Source of the DNA: Bdellovibrio sp.
Lineage (GTDB): Bacteria > Bdellovibrionota > Bdellovibrionia > Bdellovibrionales > Bdellovibrionaceae
Length of the DNA stretch: 14,193 nucleotides
Assembly: GCA_046318155.1 (NCBI GenBank)
Contig: JBKCUU010000063.1
Span: 1 to 14,193, forward strand
Direction: 5' to 3'
Shown here: positions 8,083 through 14,193 of the stretch, one piece after another
Layout of the letters: each line of letters begins with the position of its first letter
Position numbering within the stretch: the first letter of the stretch is position 1
The notes under the pieces: model-generated
The model's input: only the letters and a program-made list of their open reading frames with translations
Database searches by the model: none
What the model was told of the DNA's origin: nothing
Translations under genes and position numbers: made by a program

Positions 8083-9422
8083 ACAGAAAACCTCTTGATC
8101 ATGCGGGTGTAAAAGTCGATCGCAGTTCGCAAGTCATTGACCGCGACATTTTCATTGGGCGTATGAATGTTTCCTTCACGCTCGCCTGGTCCAAATGAGA
8201 TGCACTGGATGCCCACCCGCGAAAACAGGCTGGCTTCATTCGTCGAAGACTGTGTTTGCAGTATTTCAGACAGCTTCATGGCGCGCATCTCTTCTTGGGC
8301 GACGCGAACAAAAGCCGAATTTTCGTCGGTCTGGTAAGGCCTTTTATAGTCATGAATTCGAAAAACAGCGCCGACGGACTCGCATATTTTCTTGAGCTTA
8401 TCCATCCAAGCTTCATAAACTTCAGTCGAAATATTGGGCGGCATCCGGCAGTTGCCTGTCAAAACGACTTCAGATTCTGACGTCCGCACCAAACCAATGT
8501 TAAGCGTTGCATGTGAAGGCACGAAGCGCTGATCGCTGAACTGTTTAAAGATCTCGTCCAATTTTAAAATCGCACGGTAGATCACGCCCAATTTTTTGGC
8601 CATCGGGATCCGAAACCCCGAAACCGGATCAACCTCCAAAAAGGCCTGCGCCGCAACCGTATTGGGATTCACCCCGCCATCGATTTCCATCACGACGAGG
8701 TCTTCGGGTAACTGCAAAAGGTAGTCGAACATTTTATTAATGGCGCTCTCGCCCTCGTGCGGAACCGAAGAGTGCGCCGACCTTCCGTGAAACAGCCGGC
8801 TCTGCGTGGATGTTCCCTCTGACAGATTGTGATCAACCCGATATCTCTTTTCATCTTCTTCAAATGGTAGCGTGATTTCGACCGAGGCAAAACCTTTGCC
8901 CGCCGTCATCAACTGCAGATTTGAAGGCTCGCCAATTAAAGCGAGTCGACTTGATATTTTATTTTTACGAATCAACTTGAGGGCGCCGGTCATTCCCGAC
9001 TCTTCACCGAATGTGCCCACCAAAACTGGCGGCATTTGCATAGACGTGCCTCGCACTTGCGCCATGGCGACAATTTTACATAAAAAATCCAGCTTCGTAT
9101 CGGCAGAACCTAAACCGTAGATTCGATTTTCAATGATGTGTGCATCGAAGGGATTGAAATCAGTTTTTGTCCAGAGTCCAAACGGACCCGGGTCGGGGGT
9201 ATCAAGATGTGTTTGCAACAAAAACTCGAGGTCCGCGCGCTTGTTCAAAGGACGAACCAAAATATTGGCCTGCTCGACGCCGCCCGTAACTTCTTCTTGA
9301 AATTCAACGTGCAAGCCTTGCGAACGACAGAGCTCGGCCGCGCACTCGGCCAGACGACGGTTGCCTTGGCCTGGAGTGCTGTCGATTGCGATCAGCTTTC
9401 GAGCAGCCTCAATCAGGTCCAA
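8079..9422 (-). CDS. M20 family metallo-amidohydrolase (ArgE/DapE/PepV-like), probable desuccinylase
   Basis: Metal ligands are intact: THLDT, GSADTK, GEESG, GEPS, IHTPNE; also GRSAHSS. The TTG start directly follows the upstream TGA, with SD GAAGGAG. Confidence 0.88.
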   Translation of the reverse strand: MDLIEAARKLIAIDSTPGQGNRRLAECAAELCRSQGLHVEFQEEVTGGVEQANILVRPLNKRADLEFLLQTHLDTPDPGPFGLWTKTDFNPFDAHIIENRIYGLGSADTKLDFLCKIVAMAQVRGTSMQMPPVLVGTFGEESGMTGALKLIRKNKISSRLALIGEPSNLQLMTAGKGFASVEITLPFEEDEKRYRVDHNLSEGTSTQSRLFHGRSAHSSVPHEGESAINKMFDYLLQLPEDLVVMEIDGGVNPNTVAAQAFLEVDPVSGFRIPMAKKLGVIYRAILKLDEIFKQFSDQRFVPSHATLNIGLVRTSESEVVLTGNCRMPPNISTEVYEAWMDKLKKICESVGAVFRIHDYKRPYQTDENSAFVRVAQEEMRAMKLSEILQTQSSTNEASLFSRVGIQCISFGPGEREGNIHTPNENVAVNDLRTAIDFYTRMIKRFSV

Positions 9423-10802
9423 TCACACTCCTTCAATAATCGCTTGTTCGATGATTTTACCGACGATTTTGATGTCTTCGTCGCGAATAATTGCGGGGAC
9501 CAAAAATCGCAGCCGGACAGGATCCTTACCGCAGCTAAATGCGATCAAGCCCTTGGAAAAAAGACTTTTCAAAAGTTTTTCGACGGTCTCTTTTTTCCCG
9601 TCAAGCGGTGTGAACGCCAGCATTAAACCCATACCACCCGCATCTTGAATCTTACCTTTACAGGTTGTTTCGTTCAGATTGTTGAACATCTCGATGAATT
9701 GACGGTGAATACCCATGATGCGGCCCTGCGGCCCCAAAAATCCACCTTCAGTCAGCATCGTCAAGATCTCAAGACCCGCCGAAAGCGCGGGTGATGCTCC
9801 CGAGAACGTGCCCGCGATAAGGCCGGGTGCGGGGTTCATTTCTTCGGTGTAAAGTGTCACTCCGACCTGCGCGGTTTTTGCGATCGTGCAGAGATCGATG
9901 TAAGAACCGAGCTCCAAAGTTTCAAACGCGAACATTTCACCCGTGCGGCTAAATGTTTGAACCTCATCCGCCCAAACAGGAATGCCTTTTTCTTTACAGA
10001 ACTCGACCAGCGGTAAGAAAAACTCGCGGGGTGCCGGCATGTAACCACCTTCACCAAGCATGGGCTCAAATACAAACGTGCTGATGTTGCCTTCGTTTTT
10101 AGCAACGTGCTCTTTCATCGTTGTCAGTGTTTTTTCGGTACTGCGCGGATCTTTTTTATCAAACCAAGGCAAGCGCAACATTTCGTTGTACTCCGGCAAG
10201 CCAACTTTGTACGCGGGATTGTCGGTCAGCTCGGCCATCATGGTGGAGCGGCCAGCAAAGGCATTTTTAAAGCAAAGGGCCATTCTTGCAGGAGATTTTT
10301 TTTGGCGCGTGATTTTCAGGGCACTTTCGTTGGCCATCGTTCCACAGGTGGCGAGCCAACCGTATTTAAGACGGCTTTTGCGACCAGCAATCTGAACGAG
10401 CTTTTCTAAAAACAAAGTATACTCTCTGTTGGGCTGCAAATTGCCCTGATTGACGATGTCTGACAGGGCGCCGCGCACGGTTGCGGCCATCACGCGTGGG
10501 TTGGCATGGCCCATGAGATGGATGCCGATCCCATTGATCAAATCCAATTTCACGCTCCCATCTTCGAGTTCAACGTAGACGCCGGAGCCAGAACCGGTCC
10601 CGACATAAGGGTAGTACAGTGGGCGTCCGCGCACTTGACCCGTTTTTTCAATCATGCTTTGCCCGCTCGTCCGAAATTCAGGGTTTGCCTCTTTCACGCC
10701 GGTAATCTGATTGTTCAGTTTAGTGACCTCGCTCACAAGATCTTGAACAAGTTTTTGGACCTGGGCGTTTTGAGAAATTTGATGGCCAATCAGTTGCGAC
10801 AT
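9423..10802 (-). CDS. Class III PLP aminotransferase (succinylornithine transaminase AstC/ArgD-like)
   Basis: GTMANESALK, AFAGRS, EPMLGEGG, DEVQT..RTG, IAK (PLP Lys), GTF. Start set at ATG 10802 (MSQLIG; AGAGG SD and promoter upstream) rather than 11153. Confidence 0.9.
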   Translation of the reverse strand: MSQLIGHQISQNAQVQKLVQDLVSEVTKLNNQITGVKEANPEFRTSGQSMIEKTGQVRGRPLYYPYVGTGSGSGVYVELEDGSVKLDLINGIGIHLMGHANPRVMAATVRGALSDIVNQGNLQPNREYTLFLEKLVQIAGRKSRLKYGWLATCGTMANESALKITRQKKSPARMALCFKNAFAGRSTMMAELTDNPAYKVGLPEYNEMLRLPWFDKKDPRSTEKTLTTMKEHVAKNEGNISTFVFEPMLGEGGYMPAPREFFLPLVEFCKEKGIPVWADEVQTFSRTGEMFAFETLELGSYIDLCTIAKTAQVGVTLYTEEMNPAPGLIAGTFSGASPALSAGLEILTMLTEGGFLGPQGRIMGIHRQFIEMFNNLNETTCKGKIQDAGGMGLMLAFTPLDGKKETVEKLLKSLFSKGLIAFSCGKDPVRLRFLVPAIIRDEDIKIVGKIIEQAIIEGV

Positions 10803-10839
10803 GAGTGCCTCTTTCCACGAATATGAAAAAGTGAAGATC

Positions 10840-10868
10840 AGTCTATCGCCATGCGAAAGTAATGACAA
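10840..10868 (-). promoter_or_regulatory. sigma70-like promoter for the aminotransferase-mltG operon
   Basis: Minus strand reads TTGTCA(10863-10868)-N17-TAGACT(10840-10845). Confidence 0.65.
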
Positions 10869-10891
10869 GCTTAGCGCCTTCGCCTTAGACT
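10862..10891 (+). promoter_or_regulatory. sigma70-like promoter for the batE-like gene
   Basis: ATGACA(10862-10867)-N18-TAGACT(10886-10891), 9 nt before ATG 10901. Confidence 0.4.
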
Positions 10892-10900
10892 CACGAAGGC

Positions 10901-11755
10901 ATGATCCAAAACGAGCTCCGCGCCCTCTTATTTCAGCCCCTATATCACTGTTTTTTTGCCTCTTTTTTTTGGGCTGCACTTCTTGTTTTTGCAGTTCCCG
11001 CGAGGGCTGAAGAACCACAAGCAAGTCAGCAGGTATCGCAGCCGCCTTTTCAAGCGGGGATCGAGTCCTACCAAAAACAAGACTATGGTGCGGCACAAAC
11101 GCAATTTCAAACCGCTCTGCAAGCGCACCCCGCCGACGTCTCGATTTTAACAAATTTGGCCCTCACCCACTATCGTCTGGGACAGCGTGGATGGGCTCTT
11201 GGTTATGCTCGCAAAGCCCTGCACGTGGAGCCGGGTTTTCGCGATGCCGAGCAGCTGATCGAGGCGATCGCTCTAGAGGGAAAGGTTCGCGATCTCCCTC
11301 GCCGCATCGAACTTTGGGAGCTTCTGCATCAACACATTTTATCAGCTGCTAGCACCCCTCTTTTTGCGACGCTGCTCTTACTGCTGCTGGTCGCCTCCGC
11401 GTGGGCATGGCTGAGCTACTTGGGTGTTCGCAGGCGCGCGCTTGCCACTGAAGCGGGCCTTCCGGGGTTTCCATTTTTGCCGGCGCTGTTTATGGTTTTG
11501 TTGACCGTGAGTTTGCTTCTCATGTTAGCCAAAATTAAAGATGCGGCCGATGCCCGCGGCACCATCGTGACAGAGAAAGTGGCGGCGCTGACCGCTCCGT
11601 CGGACCAAAGTCCTTCGCTGTTCGAGCTTGTTGAAGGCCTGGAGGTCGTGATCCGAAAATCCGAAGGCGACTGGCTCCAAGTCACATTTCCTGGCGCGAT
11701 GACAGGTTGGATTCCAAAGAATTCTCTGCTCCGGACGCACGGCACTTCTGATTGA
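10901..11755 (+). CDS. BatE-like protein: signal peptide, TPR, two TM helices, C-terminal SH3b
   Basis: Signal peptide ending ARA; TPR (NLALTHYRLGQRGWALGYARKAL); two hydrophobic helices; SH3-like GLEVVIRKSEGDWLQV...GWIPKNSL. Confidence 0.8.
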   Translation: MIQNELRALLFQPLYHCFFASFFWAALLVFAVPARAEEPQASQQVSQPPFQAGIESYQKQDYGAAQTQFQTALQAHPADVSILTNLALTHYRLGQRGWALGYARKALHVEPGFRDAEQLIEAIALEGKVRDLPRRIELWELLHQHILSAASTPLFATLLLLLLVASAWAWLSYLGVRRRALATEAGLPGFPFLPALFMVLLTVSLLLMLAKIKDAADARGTIVTEKVAALTAPSDQSPSLFELVEGLEVVIRKSEGDWLQVTFPGAMTGWIPKNSLLRTHGTSD

Positions 11756-11852
11756 CGCGCCGATTCTTGCGCCCTTTCTCGTGCCCAAATTTGTGAATCT
11801 GCCCACCACTGCGATTTACCGGCAAATGGTCCACTTTCGAAATTGATCCTAT

Positions 11853-11881
11853 TTGACTGAGGTCCAGCCCCGGCCTAAGCT
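11853..11881 (+). promoter_or_regulatory. sigma70-like promoter for bamD operon
   Basis: TTGACT(11853-11858)-N17-TAAGCT(11876-11881). Confidence 0.65.
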
Positions 11882-11887
11882 TTGCGG

Positions 11888-12661
11888 GTGTCAAAACTGC
11901 TACGCACCTCCTCATTAAAATCCTCGCTCATCTTCGGTCTTTTCTTGCACTTTGCGGCATGGGGCTTGGTGTCTTGCTCCACGGACGATGTCAAATCTGA
12001 CAGCGCCGAACAAGCCTTCAAGTTGGCGCAAGAGTACGACAAAGAAGAACGCTATGAGGAATCGCTTCGACGCTACAACGAAGTAAAGAATAAGTTTCCG
12101 TATTCAAAATTTGCGACGATGGCAAAGTTGGCAATTGCCGATGTTTATTTCAAGCAAGAGGCTTATGCCGAAGCTGGGGTTGCTTATCAAAATTTTAAAG
12201 AGATGCACCCCAAGCACGCGCAAGTCGATTATGTGACGTACCGCTTGGCGATGGCCTATTACGAGCAGCTTCCAGGGACAATCGACCGCGATTTGACGCT
12301 GGCTTCGAGTGCGATCATGGCTTTTGATGAAGTGATCAATCAGTACCCCAACTCCAGTTATCTGCAAGAAGCCAAAGACAAAAAAACCGAGGCCCTCAAA
12401 AAATTGGCTGCGAAAGAAGAATACATTGCTGATTTTTATTTTAAAAAAGAACTCTATGAAAGTGCTTTAGCAAGGTATGAAGGCCTTTACCGCACCTATC
12501 CGAACTTGGGTTTTGATGCAAAAGCCCTCAGCCGAGCCGCGATTAGTGCTCAGCGCTCGGGTGACCTTGAGCGCGCCAAAAAACTCTTAGCCGTTTTAAA
12601 ACAAAAATTTCCAGGTTCGTCTGAGTTGAGCGACGCTTCGGATGAAGTGACTAAAAAGTAA
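11888..12661 (+). CDS. bamD: Outer membrane protein assembly factor BamD (lipoprotein)
   Basis: Lipobox LVSC; TPR pattern FPYSKFA, F..MHPKH..VDY, DRDLT, YPNSSY, LAAKEEYIADFY. In-frame GTG 11888 is preferred over TTG 11882 because of the promoter position. Confidence 0.93.
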   Translation: MSKLLRTSSLKSSLIFGLFLHFAAWGLVSCSTDDVKSDSAEQAFKLAQEYDKEERYEESLRRYNEVKNKFPYSKFATMAKLAIADVYFKQEAYAEAGVAYQNFKEMHPKHAQVDYVTYRLAMAYYEQLPGTIDRDLTLASSAIMAFDEVINQYPNSSYLQEAKDKKTEALKKLAAKEEYIADFYFKKELYESALARYEGLYRTYPNLGFDAKALSRAAISAQRSGDLERAKKLLAVLKQKFPGSSELSDASDEVTKK

Positions 12662-12677
12662 AAAAGGGGCACTTTCG

Positions 12678-13403
12678 GTGGCAGACGTTCTCTTTGATGA
12701 AATGTTCGATGAAGCCAAACAACACTTCATCACGGGCAATTACAAAATTGCGGAACCACTTTTAAATCAAATGATCATGCAGAACACCCGCAATCCCGAA
12801 GTGTTCCAAATGCTGGCGACAATTTCTTACGACAAAGGCCAGTTTAACAAGGCGATCAAAACTTTTAAACGCGCCCTTGAAATTGACCCGACCTACACGG
12901 ATGCGAGCGTCGGGCTTTCAATTATCCTGAATGACCTGGGCCGCTACGAAGAGGGCCGCAAGATTTTTGATGACGCCCAAGGCCTTCTTGATAAGCGAAA
13001 AGGTCAAAGCGACCCCTTCTTGGACGAAAAGTTCGCCTCTAAACACGAAGAGCTCGCGGATCTGTATTTTCAGTACAAGCGTTACAGCGAAGCACTTGAA
13101 CAGCTTTTTAAAGCGCAAAAACTCTCGAGCCGCAAAGCCGAGATCACCATGCGAATTACCGAGTGTTTTGTGAAAACGGGCGACTTCGATAAGGCCGTCA
13201 AAGATTTGCGCGCGTTGATTCGCGAATACCCTCAGTTTTTGCCTGCTCGCATGAAGTTGGGCATATTGTTTTACAACATGAATAATTTGGCCGAAGCCGC
13301 TGAGCAGTGGGAGTCAATTTTAGCCCGCGAACCAGGGCATGCAGAAGCTAAGCGCCACTTGCGCATGGCTCAGGCTGCTGGCATCACGACGCTTTCGTTT
13401 TAG
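12678..13403 (+). CDS. Cytoplasmic tetratricopeptide repeat protein
   Basis: Multiple TPR units (LATISYDKGQFNKAIKTFKRALEIDP; LGILFYNMNNLAEAAEQWESILAREP); no signal peptide; GTG start with AGGGG SD. Confidence 0.88.
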   Translation: MADVLFDEMFDEAKQHFITGNYKIAEPLLNQMIMQNTRNPEVFQMLATISYDKGQFNKAIKTFKRALEIDPTYTDASVGLSIILNDLGRYEEGRKIFDDAQGLLDKRKGQSDPFLDEKFASKHEELADLYFQYKRYSEALEQLFKAQKLSSRKAEITMRITECFVKTGDFDKAVKDLRALIREYPQFLPARMKLGILFYNMNNLAEAAEQWESILAREPGHAEAKRHLRMAQAAGITTLSF

Positions 13404-13437
13404 GCCTGTTGGTGTCTTTGATTCTTAAGGAGTCTGT

Positions 13438-13956
13438 ATGTCAAAGTTAAAAGATGATCTGCTTCCCTTTCTGACCAAAGAAGAGATCAAAAAATTAGTG
13501 AAGAGCCTGGCCCGCCAAATCGAAGCTGATTTCGAGGGTAAAGACATCGTCTTCATCTGCCCCTTACGTGGATCGATTCACCTGACGGCAGATTTGATGC
13601 GCGAAATTCAATTGCCTCAGCAAGTTGATTTCGTTCACTTGCAAGCCGTTGCCAAAGGCGGCGCGATTAAAATTATCAAGGACATCAGCGTTAATATCGC
13701 AGGCAAACACGTGATCGTGGTCGAAGAGATCATCGATACGGGCCGAACATTAAGCTTCTTGATCAACCGCCTCTTGGCTTCAAGTCCAGCTTCGTTGCGA
13801 ATTGTGACGATGCTTGATAAGCCTGCTCGCCGCGAACTTCCGATCCGCGCGGACTACATTGGCCGCACGATTGATGACCGCTACGTGGTTGGTTACGGCA
13901 TGGACTCCGAAGAACTCGGCCGTAATTACCCAGATATTTATTCACTTAAAAACTAA
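13438..13956 (+). CDS. hpt: Hypoxanthine phosphoribosyltransferase-like protein (atypical active site)
   Basis: LRGS, VIVVEEIIDTGRTL PRPP-binding loop, LDKP, VVGYGMD...RNYP. SD TAAGGAG. Confidence 0.85.
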   Translation: MSKLKDDLLPFLTKEEIKKLVKSLARQIEADFEGKDIVFICPLRGSIHLTADLMREIQLPQQVDFVHLQAVAKGGAIKIIKDISVNIAGKHVIVVEEIIDTGRTLSFLINRLLASSPASLRIVTMLDKPARRELPIRADYIGRTIDDRYVVGYGMDSEELGRNYPDIYSLKN

Positions 13957-13965
13957 GGAGAACGC

Positions 13966-14043
13966 ATGCTACCTCGTCCCGTCGTTCTCCTTTTTGTTGC
14001 CGCCAGCGTTGTCTTCTTCGTCGTGACCGTCGTCTTACGCTAA
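13966..14043 (+). CDS. Small 25-aa single-transmembrane protein
   Basis: MLPRPVVLLFVAASVVFFVVTVVLR*. A strong SD TAAGGAG (13954-13960, overlapping the hpt stop) lies 5 nt before the ATG. Below the ORF-track size cutoff. Confidence 0.6.
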   Translation: MLPRPVVLLFVAASVVFFVVTVVLR

Positions 14044-14053
14044 CGGTGCAGGG

Positions 14054-14107
14054 TTCCAAATGCATAAGCGTTGCGCCAATTGTGGTGCAACGCTTCTGCA
14101 TTGGGAA
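14054..14107. repeat. Long imperfect inverted repeat (25-bp stem, 4-nt loop)
   Basis: ttccaaatgcataagcgttgcgcca-attg-tggtgcaacgcttctgcattgggaa: 22 Watson-Crick pairs, 1 G-U pair and 2 mismatches. Confidence 0.85.
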
Positions 14108-14193
14108 GCAGGCACTTTTGGCTAAACCCTCGACGATTTGCTCCTTCTTGGTCGAGGTCTGACTGACTCTTTGTCAGCGCGGCTGTCTCATTT

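Noticed and set aside
10803..11153. 117-aa N-terminal extension of the aminotransferase in the ORF track
   Set aside because: It overlaps the batE-like gene antisense; the SD and promoter point to ATG 10802.
13814..14026. 70-aa ORF overlapping the hpt end
   Set aside because: It overlaps hpt out of frame; the SD supports ATG 13966 in a different frame.
14060..14125. 21-aa ORF MHKRCANCGATLLHWEAGTFG with CxxC
   Set aside because: Weak SD, start buried in the hairpin and only one knuckle; probably chance.
14040..14192. Open minus-strand frame entering from the window edge (NETAALTK...GTLHR*)
   Set aside because: No recognisable homology and cannot be judged without downstream sequence; kept only as an alternative explanation for the structured region.

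Overview
A gene-dense bacterial region. Gene content and the Cys-rich secreted orphan suggest a Bdellovibrionota-like organism (inference, not proven). Order: 5' part of dusB (-); an 870-aa secreted Cys-rich protein whose C-terminal half appears to hold two palm/GGDEF-like nucleotide-cyclase domains (+); a nitroreductase (-); a small membrane-anchored FG-GAP/VCBS-like protein (+); a tightly coupled minus-strand operon of class III aminotransferase, M20 amidohydrolase, astA, astD and mltG (AST-like, but lacking astB and canonical astE); then on + a BatE-like TPR/SH3 protein, bamD, a TPR protein, an atypical hpt, an unlisted 25-aa hydrophobic ORF and a highly structured 3' region. Best candidates for novelty: (1) the exported tandem-palm (SGDD) protein behind a palindromic sigma28-like promoter, possibly a delivered nucleotide-cyclase effector; (2) the small membrane peptide plus structured RNA with an anti-SD, reminiscent of type I toxin-antitoxin loci; (3) the astB-less succinyl pathway coupled to mltG; (4) the HPRT lacking its catalytic-loop Ser-Tyr. 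No CRISPR array, RNA gene or mobile element was seen.
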